Virus record (IMG/VR): IMGVR_UViG_3300014204_000013
Coordinates: 13,181 to 77,180 of that record
DNA from: a virus
Lineage: Duplodnaviria; Caudoviricetes
Length of the DNA stretch: 64,000 nt
Reading direction: 5' to 3' (one strand)
Below the pieces are notes generated by a model. The model did not search any database. It saw only the letters and a list, made by a program, of their open reading frames with translations, and was not told the DNA's origin. Shown here in pieces: positions 1 to 7,925 of this stretch; the stretch's first letter is position 1, and each line of letters starts with the position of its first letter. The translations under genes were made by a program, and so were the position numbers.

Positions 1-105
1 TTCATTGAGGCTAATCAAGGTAAGATGTCTGGTGCGGAGATTGCAAAGACGTTGGGGAGATCGAAGTCTTCGGTGAATAAGTGGATTGCGGAGAAGGTAG
101 TTTAG
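1..105 (+). CDS. 3' end of a helix-turn-helix protein (truncated by window edge)
   Basis: Frame 1 reads FIEANQGKMSGAEIAKTLGRSKSSVNKWIAEKVV-stop, a typical HTH pattern. Confidence 0.6.
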   Translation, partial: FIEANQGKMSGAEIAKTLGRSKSSVNKWIAEKVV

Positions 106-633
106 ATGGAGATTGAACTTACACAAGGAAAAGTTGCAATAGTAGATGAAAAATATGCTTATCTGAATGAGGTTAAGTGGAGTGCTACAAAAGATGGTAG
201 ACCTTCAAATCAAGTTTTTTATGCTTGTCGCGTTATAGGAACAAGAAAAGTACATAAAATGATTCTTATGCATCGTGTTATTCTTGAGAGTATGATTGGG
301 CGATCCATGATAGCAGGAGAACAATGTGATCATATAAATCATAACGGTTTAGACAACAAGTGTTTGAATTTAAGATTAACTACAGTACGTGAAAATCATT
401 GTAATCAACGAATCCAAGGAATAGATAAATCTAGTAAATATAAGGGTGTTCATTGGGATAAAAGTCGTTCTAAGTGGCAAGTTTCAATTAAAAATTACGG
501 AAAGCAGATATTTTTAGGACGATTTATAGATGAAGATGATGCTGCTTTTGCATATGACAGAGCGGCAATTAAATATCATGGAAACTTTGCGTATTTGAAT
601 TTTCCAGATATTGAAGAGATAGTTAAGTTTTAA
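106..633 (+). CDS. HNH homing endonuclease with C-terminal AP2 DNA-binding domain
   Basis: MHRVIL...CDHINHNGLDN..NLR HNH core, then SKYKGVHWDKSRSKWQVSI...LGRF..EDDAAFAYD AP2 motif. Confidence 0.9.
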   Translation: MEIELTQGKVAIVDEKYAYLNEVKWSATKDGRPSNQVFYACRVIGTRKVHKMILMHRVILESMIGRSMIAGEQCDHINHNGLDNKCLNLRLTTVRENHCNQRIQGIDKSSKYKGVHWDKSRSKWQVSIKNYGKQIFLGRFIDEDDAAFAYDRAAIKYHGNFAYLNFPDIEEIVKF

Positions 634-707
634 TTTACGTATATTTCTTTTTTACAAATTTGTTTATATACAACATTGTATATAGTACATTTTGGAGTGA
701 TACAAGA

Positions 708-947
708 ATGGCCTTTATACCAATCAAGGATATGGGGTCTGCTGGTCTCGTTTTGTCGGGATATGGCCGCCCATATCTTAAGAAAGCATCGTATGAAAAG
801 GGTTTCAATCCTGCTCACCTGCAGCCTTATCAGGCTTCTTTCAGCCAGGCTTCCAAGGAGTGCTCTGCTGCAACTCGTGGAATGTCCGGTATGGAGAGAG
901 CTAAGGCCAAGAGTGGCTGCATGTCCAGTGCTTTGGGTGGAAGGTAG
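708..947 (+). CDS. small basic Ala/Ser/Gly-rich protein (79 aa), possible virion or nucleoid protein
   Basis: ATG at 708 preceded by GGAGTGA RBS and TTTATATA; part of ORF 660..947; product unrecognised. Confidence 0.6.
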   Translation: MAFIPIKDMGSAGLVLSGYGRPYLKKASYEKGFNPAHLQPYQASFSQASKECSAATRGMSGMERAKAKSGCMSSALGGR

Positions 948-948
948 G

Positions 949-1200
949 CTAAGGCCTACCTAATATCTCTTTCAGCTTTTCTTCGTTTAATCTTTCTCCT
1001 GTGAACAAATAATCCACTGTGAAAAATTCTTCATCTACTTGTAATACGGGTGCAGATATCGCGAATATGCCATGGGTTCGTAATTCTGTTAGAGCTTCAG
1101 GTGTTGACATGTCTACTGCTTCAAAATTAGAGATGGCTGCCGCAAGTATCGCACACTTAGGGCAGTTAGGTGTCTTATAAATCTTAATTTGCATTTTCAA
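949..1200 (-). CDS. glutaredoxin/NrdH-like redoxin
   Basis: IKIYKTPNCPKC (CxxC) and SAPVLQV cis-Pro motif; ATG at 1194 is the probable start. Confidence 0.8.
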   Translation of the reverse strand: MKMQIKIYKTPNCPKCAILAAAISNFEAVDMSTPEALTELRTHGIFAISAPVLQVDEEFFTVDYLFTGERLNEEKLKEILGRP

Positions 1201-1320
1201 ACCTTTGGAGATGTGTCTGCCCAGGTGTCGCGCATGCTATCCTAGATCTATTGTAAATTGGCATGATTACCTCTAAATCTCGCTTATTACGTTCCTCGTT
1301 TATGTTACGTTCTTTTTTCA

Positions 1321-1803
1321 TCAGTAATGCCTCCTAATTTTTTCTGGATCTTTACCTAAAGCTGCCCATCGATTGTCGCTACCTGATTCTCGGTCATATT
1401 GATATCTGCAGCCCCAATACTCTCCGCACATGTGACATCTGTAAACCTGATAGCCCTGGCTGCCATTTTCGCGGTCTTTGCAGTTTATCGGGTGATTAAT
1501 TGCATTTAGTGCATCTGTCGAGTTGTTTCTACAATGATAACATAGTGGCTGATGAATTATGTGGTTTGCTGGAAAATCTGGAATAAAAAACATACTAAAT
1601 TTGCATGGAACCTTTCCCGATTTTAATTGATATGCTGCTACTAACTCATTGTTATCAATTCCCAAAGGTACGGCTTTACCTTCAATTTCTGCTACTACGT
1701 TATCTACATACATACCACCTGATTTTTTACAGGAGCAATAGCGCATTTCACCTATGACCATCTTTACGATATCGTGGCATTCTGGACAAAAGAATAGTTT
1801 CAT
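1321..1803 (-). CDS. Cys-rich hypothetical protein (several zinc-binding motifs)
   Basis: CPEC, CSC, CYHC, CHMC motifs. Confidence 0.65.
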   Translation of the reverse strand: MKLFFCPECHDIVKMVIGEMRYCSCKKSGGMYVDNVVAEIEGKAVPLGIDNNELVAAYQLKSGKVPCKFSMFFIPDFPANHIIHQPLCYHCRNNSTDALNAINHPINCKDRENGSQGYQVYRCHMCGEYWGCRYQYDRESGSDNRWAALGKDPEKIRRHY

Positions 1804-2162
1804 TTTGGTGCTCCGTATGTGACTACTTTATAGGGTTTTCCTTCAAGTTTCATACATTTGATCATGTTTTTGGTTCCGGGGGATGTACCATCCCAAAATG
1901 CTAATAATGCATCTGCATATTCACTCATGGCCGCATTTCTAATAGGCCCTGCAGCTTTACCATGTGTAGTCCAGTCAGCCAACATAAATTTAACTGGAAT
2001 AGATTTTTCTTCTGCCCATCGTTTTCCTAGTGAATCTGCTCCATTTGCACCGCCACAGACCACTTCATCTACAGAATCATAAAACTCAGTTAATCTACTC
2101 ATTGTCGCGCATAAAAGGGAATAATCTTCAAAATCCCGGCTACCTGCAATTATTAGTTTCAT
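1800..2162 (-). CDS. SLOG-superfamily protein (YspA/DUF2493-like)
   Basis: KLIIAGSRDF, VVCGGANGADSLG, GKAAGPIRN, FWDGTSPGT motifs. Confidence 0.85.
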   Translation of the reverse strand: MKLIIAGSRDFEDYSLLCATMSRLTEFYDSVDEVVCGGANGADSLGKRWAEEKSIPVKFMLADWTTHGKAAGPIRNAAMSEYADALLAFWDGTSPGTKNMIKCMKLEGKPYKVVTYGAPK

Positions 2163-2326
2163 GGATTCTCCTTTTCAAACTTGAATCTTCTAACTGATAT
2201 CAATGGTATCCATTCTGGCACCCCGTCTGCATGTTTGATCCACAATGTTGAGCCTCCAGCTCTCCAATTTATGATGTCATCAAATCTTTCTAAATATCCG
2301 TCAAGCCATCGTACTTCCAATTTCAT
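2159..2326 (-). CDS. 55-aa hypothetical protein (below ORF-track cutoff)
   Basis: Hand translation MKLEVRWLDGYLERFDD...FEKENP; overlaps both neighbours by 4 nt. Confidence 0.6.
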   Translation of the reverse strand: MKLEVRWLDGYLERFDDIINWRAGGSTLWIKHADGVPEWIPLISVRRFKFEKENP

Positions 2327-4917
2327 ACCTTACACCTACTTTTGACAGGTTTCTTATCATTTTTTATCCACACTAAAGCATCTTTGAACCATTGCTCAAA
2401 GAATTGCTTATTTTGATTGAAGAAATAACCAAAATTGGCATCTAGAATATAAGTCTCTGAGTAGTCCTGGGGGCCTCTGGTGCATCGTCCGGATGCCTGT
2501 TGAATATCAACAGCCGTTGTCATTCGATACCACATATCCATTCCGATTTTTGCGATATCCGATTCATTTCTTTTTACTACCCATTCACCCAAGCCTGGGT
2601 AGGGAACCTTTGCGATGATATTGCGTTGGAATTGATCTTTATCCAAGTTCAGTCCCTGGGCATATGCCACGCTAAACCAGATGCATTCCTTAGATGACAG
2701 GAATTTGTTGAGTGCTTCTTCGCGCAGGCCAGACTCCTGAATGAGCACTGATTGGTGTTTCATGTAAGGCCTAAACTTCTCAGCTAACCCGAAGCTATGG
2801 GCATGCACCAAGGTATTTTTTGGGCATGCTCGATGAATTTCCATGATTCTTTCAGCCATCAATGGGATGGTCTTGTCTTGGTTGTCTCGACTCATTTTTC
2901 CGACAGGCGTGTAATAGATTTTTCTCCGGCTAACTGGAATTGGGTGAGGAGCTTCAATTCTGGTAAAATTTTTAGTAAGCAGTGATGTAGTTGGGGTTCC
3001 GGAAGACATGATAACGAATTTGACCTTACTGGCCATCTGATTAAATGGGTATGCTCCATGAAGCAACTTAAAATTTCTCTCCTTATCTATGAAGTAGTCA
3101 TTAGGATCCTTGGCCATCTTTAGTATCCGGCCACACTTTGATACCAACCTGGTGGTTTTGTTGAGTTTGCGGGTTATATTCTGGATGTCACGTTGAAGTG
3201 AAGCCCTGGTTGATTCGAAGTTCATTCCCTCCAAGGATTCTTCCAGGGCCATTTCTTCGTCCTGTAGACTTATCATCCAGTCATGGATGGAGTTTACCAG
3301 GTTGTCGAGTTGAATATGGCCGGGTAGTGATATCGCGAAGTGTTCAAGCAGCTTATCCTCAAGTCCGGACGACTCATCTACAATAAGCACATCAGTTTCA
3401 ATCCTGTTATACATGTAGAAATCGAGGGTGCAAACTCCAAATTTTGATCCTTTGAAGGTATTTTTGGCCTGCATGTACTCGCATCGGCGGCATTTTACGG
3501 GTCTTCGTTTCATGAGGATGGCTGATCTGTAAGGGCAATCTGAGGCATCCAGGCCTTCAAATACGGCACATGGATAATTGCTTCGCCCCATGACTACGGG
3601 CAGTTTTAGTTTTAGATCATCGCGAATTTGTTGAACTAGATTACGCAATGGAGTAGTGTAGGTTACTTTGGTTATTTCTGGATAAGCATCTAGCATAGCA
3701 TTTCCAGTTACGGTGAGCATTAAAGAATTGTGTGTTACTGTAAAATCATTTAGCATAAATAAATGATCTCCAGATACTTCAAACCCATAATATTCATCGA
3801 TTTTATCAAATTCTACTGAAAATCCAGTTACGTTTGTATTTTTTATTTGGGTTCTTAGTATTGCTTTTTTTCTATTAACTTTGCATGGAACCGTGATTAG
3901 CAGATTTCCAGACAGGTATAGTTGATTATATATACCTGTAAAGTTTATTTTTTTTATGGTTCCTGTTTTAATGGATGTAGTTACGGATATTCCCAAGGAC
4001 CTTGCTAAAAATGCAATATCTTTTGATAGTTTGTTATCTTTTACTATCAATTCATATCCTTTTTCATGATAATATCCATCCGAATCTAATAATCCTGCAA
4101 GGAGTTCTAATCGATTTTCTATACTTGATGTAAGATATTCTATTGGTATTCTTTTTGTACTGTATTGTGTTTTTAAATCCTTAATAAAATTACTAAATAC
4201 GCTACCCTTTCCTTTTTGTTGGTCGTTACTTATGTAAAATGTAGGACATTGTGTTTTTTCAATGTTCTGATGTTCTATTCTAACATGTAAATTATTGGTT
4301 TTGGCATATTTAAATATATATTCCTTAATTTCGTTTTCTGGGTTTGTTATCTCTGGAAGTCCATTGGTTCCATCTCCGATCCATATACCTAATAAATATG
4401 GTGGAATTGGTAAATTTTTTATATTGGGTTCGAATTTAATAGCATTGGTATGCCATAGCTTGTAAATATGCTTAAATGTTTTACTTTTTGTTATATATTC
4501 ATTTATTGAAATATTTACAGTTTTACCTGCTTGATTGGTTCCATCGTTGGTTCGTATGAGATTTAATATGTGATTTCCATTGCAGGTGAATGCTTCCCCT
4601 CCACGTATTGGGGTTATTTTATACAATGGTCCAACCCCATATGATAAATTTAAAACTTGTCTTGGTAAAGAATCTGGGCCAATTAGCGTATCTCCAGTTT
4701 TAATGTCTTGCACTTTTTTAATAGATCCATCATACATTACAACTTCTGTATTTTTTTCAAAACATTTACCACTCCCTGTCGGGGATGCCAACTCAGCTAC
4801 TTTAGATATAATTTCTTTGTTTCTAATTTTTTCATAAGTATCCAAAATACCTTGAATGGCTTCACGTTGGCCAATTCTATAAGATGGATACACATTATAT
4901 TCATTAAGATCTTTCAT
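2323..4917 (-). CDS. XPD/Rad3/DinG-like SF2 helicase containing an intein
   Basis: Q motif (RIGQ), Walker A SPTGSGK|S split by intein, four-Cys Fe-S-like cluster, LIVDES, QGLNL, QQASGRCTR. Confidence 0.85.
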   Translation of the reverse strand: MKDLNEYNVYPSYRIGQREAIQGILDTYEKIRNKEIISKVAELASPTGSGKCFEKNTEVVMYDGSIKKVQDIKTGDTLIGPDSLPRQVLNLSYGVGPLYKITPIRGGEAFTCNGNHILNLIRTNDGTNQAGKTVNISINEYITKSKTFKHIYKLWHTNAIKFEPNIKNLPIPPYLLGIWIGDGTNGLPEITNPENEIKEYIFKYAKTNNLHVRIEHQNIEKTQCPTFYISNDQQKGKGSVFSNFIKDLKTQYSTKRIPIEYLTSSIENRLELLAGLLDSDGYYHEKGYELIVKDNKLSKDIAFLARSLGISVTTSIKTGTIKKINFTGIYNQLYLSGNLLITVPCKVNRKKAILRTQIKNTNVTGFSVEFDKIDEYYGFEVSGDHLFMLNDFTVTHNSLMLTVTGNAMLDAYPEITKVTYTTPLRNLVQQIRDDLKLKLPVVMGRSNYPCAVFEGLDASDCPYRSAILMKRRPVKCRRCEYMQAKNTFKGSKFGVCTLDFYMYNRIETDVLIVDESSGLEDKLLEHFAISLPGHIQLDNLVNSIHDWMISLQDEEMALEESLEGMNFESTRASLQRDIQNITRKLNKTTRLVSKCGRILKMAKDPNDYFIDKERNFKLLHGAYPFNQMASKVKFVIMSSGTPTTSLLTKNFTRIEAPHPIPVSRRKIYYTPVGKMSRDNQDKTIPLMAERIMEIHRACPKNTLVHAHSFGLAEKFRPYMKHQSVLIQESGLREEALNKFLSSKECIWFSVAYAQGLNLDKDQFQRNIIAKVPYPGLGEWVVKRNESDIAKIGMDMWYRMTTAVDIQQASGRCTRGPQDYSETYILDANFGYFFNQNKQFFEQWFKDALVWIKNDKKPVKSRCKV
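3727..4764 (-). mobile_element. intein (346 aa) with LAGLIDADG endonuclease in helicase Walker A
   Basis: Starts CFEKNTEVVMYDG, ends VTHN followed by Ser; YLLGIWIGDG and LLAGLLDSDG motifs; AT-richer than the exteins. Confidence 0.92.
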
Positions 4918-5198
4918 AGGTCCTCGATGATGGTGTAAAGTTTTAATAGAGTTGTTACGATTTTATTTTCCTTATTAAGAACGTAAAATCTACTCTTTCC
5001 ATCGGAGCTTATTGTCTTCAGAATATCTAACTCCTCAAGAACATCCCAAGCTTTGTACATGGTCCCTCTACCCATGCCAATCGATTCTGATATCTGTGAT
5101 TTATTGTAATTTTGTGGTGAATTGGTTACAAAAAATTCAAAGATTTTCATTGCTTGTTTATTTCCTATGAGGTCTATAAATCGTGTTATGCGTACCAC
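4914..5198 (-). CDS. winged-helix transcription regulator
   Basis: YNKSQISESIGMGRGTMYKAWDVLEELDIL...GKSRFYVLN. Confidence 0.75.
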   Translation of the reverse strand: MVRITRFIDLIGNKQAMKIFEFFVTNSPQNYNKSQISESIGMGRGTMYKAWDVLEELDILKTISSDGKSRFYVLNKENKIVTTLLKLYTIIEDL

Positions 5199-5261
5199 CT
5201 GCAGTACACATGTGTATCCAATAAGTTATATAGCTTTTGGGTGAACTTAGAAAAAAGAGAT

Positions 5262-5375
5262 GATAGGAAAACCCCCTATCGAGGCTGCAGGATAAGCCAC
5301 CTGCGGGGCAAGTTGATTGCCGCTCCGTTTCAGGCCCAGCCTGGTGCCACAGCGATTATAGCGCGGGCAGCTATA
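5262..5375. ncRNA. candidate small structured RNA (GC-rich intergenic multi-hairpin)
   Basis: Stems GATAGG/CCTATC (5262/5275), GCAGG/CCTGC (5287/5300), GGCAA/TTGCC (5307/5317), plus further pairings, in a GC-rich intergenic gap. Confidence 0.4.
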
Positions 5376-5394
5376 TTCATGATAGTGTACATTT

Positions 5395-5673
5395 TTACTT
5401 ACCACCGATAGTTACAATTTTCAATTTTCTCATTCGCTCCCAAGCAGGAGCGGGGTCGTATCCAAATCTGGCTTTCCATTGTTTAGCAGTCCAGCGTTGA
5501 GATGCTCCGTCCACATACATTGGTTCGGATCCAACCTCAGTAATACACCCAGTCACTATACGCTTTATAGCTTCCGGTGTTTTGCAGAAACTTGCGAAGT
5601 CTGCATCACTCAAACCGGCACCAAAATTGGTGCATTCACATTCTTCATTTGTGGGAACCTTTTTAAATTCCAT
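5395..5673 (-). CDS. hypothetical protein
   Basis: 92-aa ORF in operon-like arrangement. Confidence 0.6.
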   Translation of the reverse strand: MEFKKVPTNEECECTNFGAGLSDADFASFCKTPEAIKRIVTGCITEVGSEPMYVDGASQRWTAKQWKARFGYDPAPAWERMRKLKIVTIGGK

Positions 5674-5675
5674 GT

Positions 5676-6200
5676 TTACACCTCAGAGGTTTTGTTTATG
5701 TTGATTACGGTTTCATTTCCGTGTGGAGTTCCATCGGTGACATTGGTATCCATAGGATTGGGTGTATTTTGTGCGCGAGTGCTGCTTGCATTTATTACCC
5801 AGGATCCTATACCTTCGAGTTCGCCACTTGGGAATCCGGTTACTAGAACACCCATGCTTGAATTTTCGTAGGATTTGGTTTTGATAGATCCAATGCCGTT
5901 TCCTATTACTGTAGTGCTGGTTGCATCGGACTCTGTAATGATCGATCCTGTAAAGTCATTTAATCTAACTGCATAATCTTTTGCTCTAAATGAGTATCGT
6001 GCGGTTCCATCTGATATATTTAAACCAGAAGATAGTCCTCCGGCATATCTTTCTGCTCCGTAGTCCATAGTACCCTGGCCGATAGCTCTCATGGAAATCG
6101 GGCCATCTTGCCAGGCGTTGATAGTTCCAGTTATTTGAAAACTTTCTGATAGACCGTTTGCAAGTCCTATCAATATGAATAGGATTATCCAATATTTCAT
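5676..6200 (-). CDS. secreted or surface beta-rich protein
   Basis: Signal-peptide-like N-terminus MKYWIILFILIGLANG; Gly/Ser/Thr-rich body. Confidence 0.65.
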   Translation of the reverse strand: MKYWIILFILIGLANGLSESFQITGTINAWQDGPISMRAIGQGTMDYGAERYAGGLSSGLNISDGTARYSFRAKDYAVRLNDFTGSIITESDATSTTVIGNGIGSIKTKSYENSSMGVLVTGFPSGELEGIGSWVINASSTRAQNTPNPMDTNVTDGTPHGNETVININKTSEV

Positions 6201-6231
6201 ATGTATTTGGATGATCTCATTGGATATTAAG

Positions 6232-7893
6232 TTATTTGGCTAATTGTTCAGCAGTTGTACGATCATACCCTTCTAGCATGAATTGTTTAATTGTGTTTTC
6301 TTTATCAGATTTTGTAGTATCTTTTGCTATTTTTACATCTATAGTTGCGTTTTCTGATAATTTTCCAGGAATTGAGGTATAAGCTATAAGTTGCGGTTGA
6401 CTTCCAGTTTCTGGTTTTTTCAAAATTGCCTGTCCATATACACCAGATACATCTTTAAATGATTCTGGTGATATTAATATAATATCTTCTACTGGCAATC
6501 CTAAAATAGATTTAATAGGATCCCCACTACCCAGCATTCCAATCAATACGGGTGCTTTCCTTTTTCCTGTTGCCTGTGGTTCTATTAAAGCATACATTGA
6601 AAACAAATTACCAGAGATATCCTTTTTTTCTCCTGTCTTTATTGCAAGTATGGCATGACCTGTTGCTTTTTTATTTTTGGATAGATCTGAATCGGTAATT
6701 GCAATATATACGTTTTGTATTCCTGCTTTTTTTAATGCTTTTGCAGATTCTATAGAAAATTGTTCACATTGGAATGAAGTTCCGAGTCCGGATAATTCTT
6801 CGGATTCAGCATATTTATATTTATTATTAACTATTACTTTATTTTGATTTGAATTTAACCACCTAAGAGCCGCATTTACTTCGGTTAATCCAGTCTGATC
6901 CCCTTCAATAGTTATTGCTGTGTTTTCATCATATCCTTCACGTAAATAAGTAGCTGTGTTACCCGATTGTAATGGATCTATTGGTCTATTTATATATGAA
7001 TCTGGTGGGTATGATATTTGTATTTTTTTAAATGGTCTATCAATTAGTGTACCCTGGTTATAATTATTAGATTTTATTTCCCAACCCCATTTATCTATAT
7101 TGAATTCCATAGGGCTTACGCTCATTATCTTCATCGTCTTCGTCTTAGGTTTAACCGTGTACGTATTCAATTTCAGTGGGTTTTCCTGGAACTGCGTAAT
7201 GCTTTCTTTGGCCTTTTGGACGGAGATTTTCATGTCTAAGGAAGGTTCGATTTTAGGAGAGGTTATTTTAAATGTGGACTGTGGAACGGGTTTCGTTAGC
7301 TGGGATTTGAGAGATGGGTTGATTTGGTATTTGGTGTTGGAGACTTTGAAAGTGGGGGAGGGATTAGATATAAAGGCAGATTTGGAGGATGTTGCTTTAA
7401 AATTTATAGTTTTAGTTGGGGTATTGGCTGGAAGTATCCCGGTTTCTTTTTTCATGAGATTGGAAATACTACTGAATTTTTTAGTGTTAGATATTGTTTG
7501 GTCCATTATTCCAATTGCTGATTTTAAAGGTATTGTGTCTGATTTGCCTTTTATGGATTGAAGAGTGTTGAAATATTGTTGCTGAGTATAATTTAGACCA
7601 TGTTTGGCGGCTGTTGCTGCCTGGGCTACACGAAAGATACTGACGTTGCCGGAGGGGATGACAGGGTTTAGGCCTGTTTTTGGAGTGATGGTTGTGCGGG
7701 CATTTTGTTTGGCGACTGCAGAAACTATGGTTGGATTTGGTGTAACTGTTATGGGTTTTGATTGGAATGAGAGAGATACGCCGGCTACGTTGAGAGTGGG
7801 CGTTGTCTTTGCAATTGGTTTTAATCCAGGATTACGAGCGATAAGCTGGGAGACTGAAGTTGGAGATGATTTGTTATTTAATTGAATAACCAT
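6232..7893 (-). CDS. protein with long S/T/K/P-rich leader and C-terminal transglutaminase-like (papain-fold) domain
   Basis: FQCEQFS...GHAILAI...YALIEPQ resembles the Cys-His-(Asp/Glu) triad of transglutaminase-like proteases. Confidence 0.6.
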   Translation of the reverse strand: MVIQLNNKSSPTSVSQLIARNPGLKPIAKTTPTLNVAGVSLSFQSKPITVTPNPTIVSAVAKQNARTTITPKTGLNPVIPSGNVSIFRVAQAATAAKHGLNYTQQQYFNTLQSIKGKSDTIPLKSAIGIMDQTISNTKKFSSISNLMKKETGILPANTPTKTINFKATSSKSAFISNPSPTFKVSNTKYQINPSLKSQLTKPVPQSTFKITSPKIEPSLDMKISVQKAKESITQFQENPLKLNTYTVKPKTKTMKIMSVSPMEFNIDKWGWEIKSNNYNQGTLIDRPFKKIQISYPPDSYINRPIDPLQSGNTATYLREGYDENTAITIEGDQTGLTEVNAALRWLNSNQNKVIVNNKYKYAESEELSGLGTSFQCEQFSIESAKALKKAGIQNVYIAITDSDLSKNKKATGHAILAIKTGEKKDISGNLFSMYALIEPQATGKRKAPVLIGMLGSGDPIKSILGLPVEDIILISPESFKDVSGVYGQAILKKPETGSQPQLIAYTSIPGKLSENATIDVKIAKDTTKSDKENTIKQFMLEGYDRTTAEQLAK

Positions 7894-7925
7894 AATAAAT
7901 GGTTAATTTACAAGAATAAAAAGAT

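Noticed and set aside
103-108. In-frame TAG-ATG junction suggesting pyrrolysine readthrough fusing HTH and HNH-AP2
   Set aside because: Abutting genes are the norm here, and there is no Pyl machinery or other amber-split gene as support
5281-5375. HDV-like ribozyme fold (GCC/GGC P3, CAGCCU-GG, P4 UGCC/GGCA)
   Set aside because: L3 too long, P1 only 6 bp, no convincing P2 or J4/2; competing hairpins fit better
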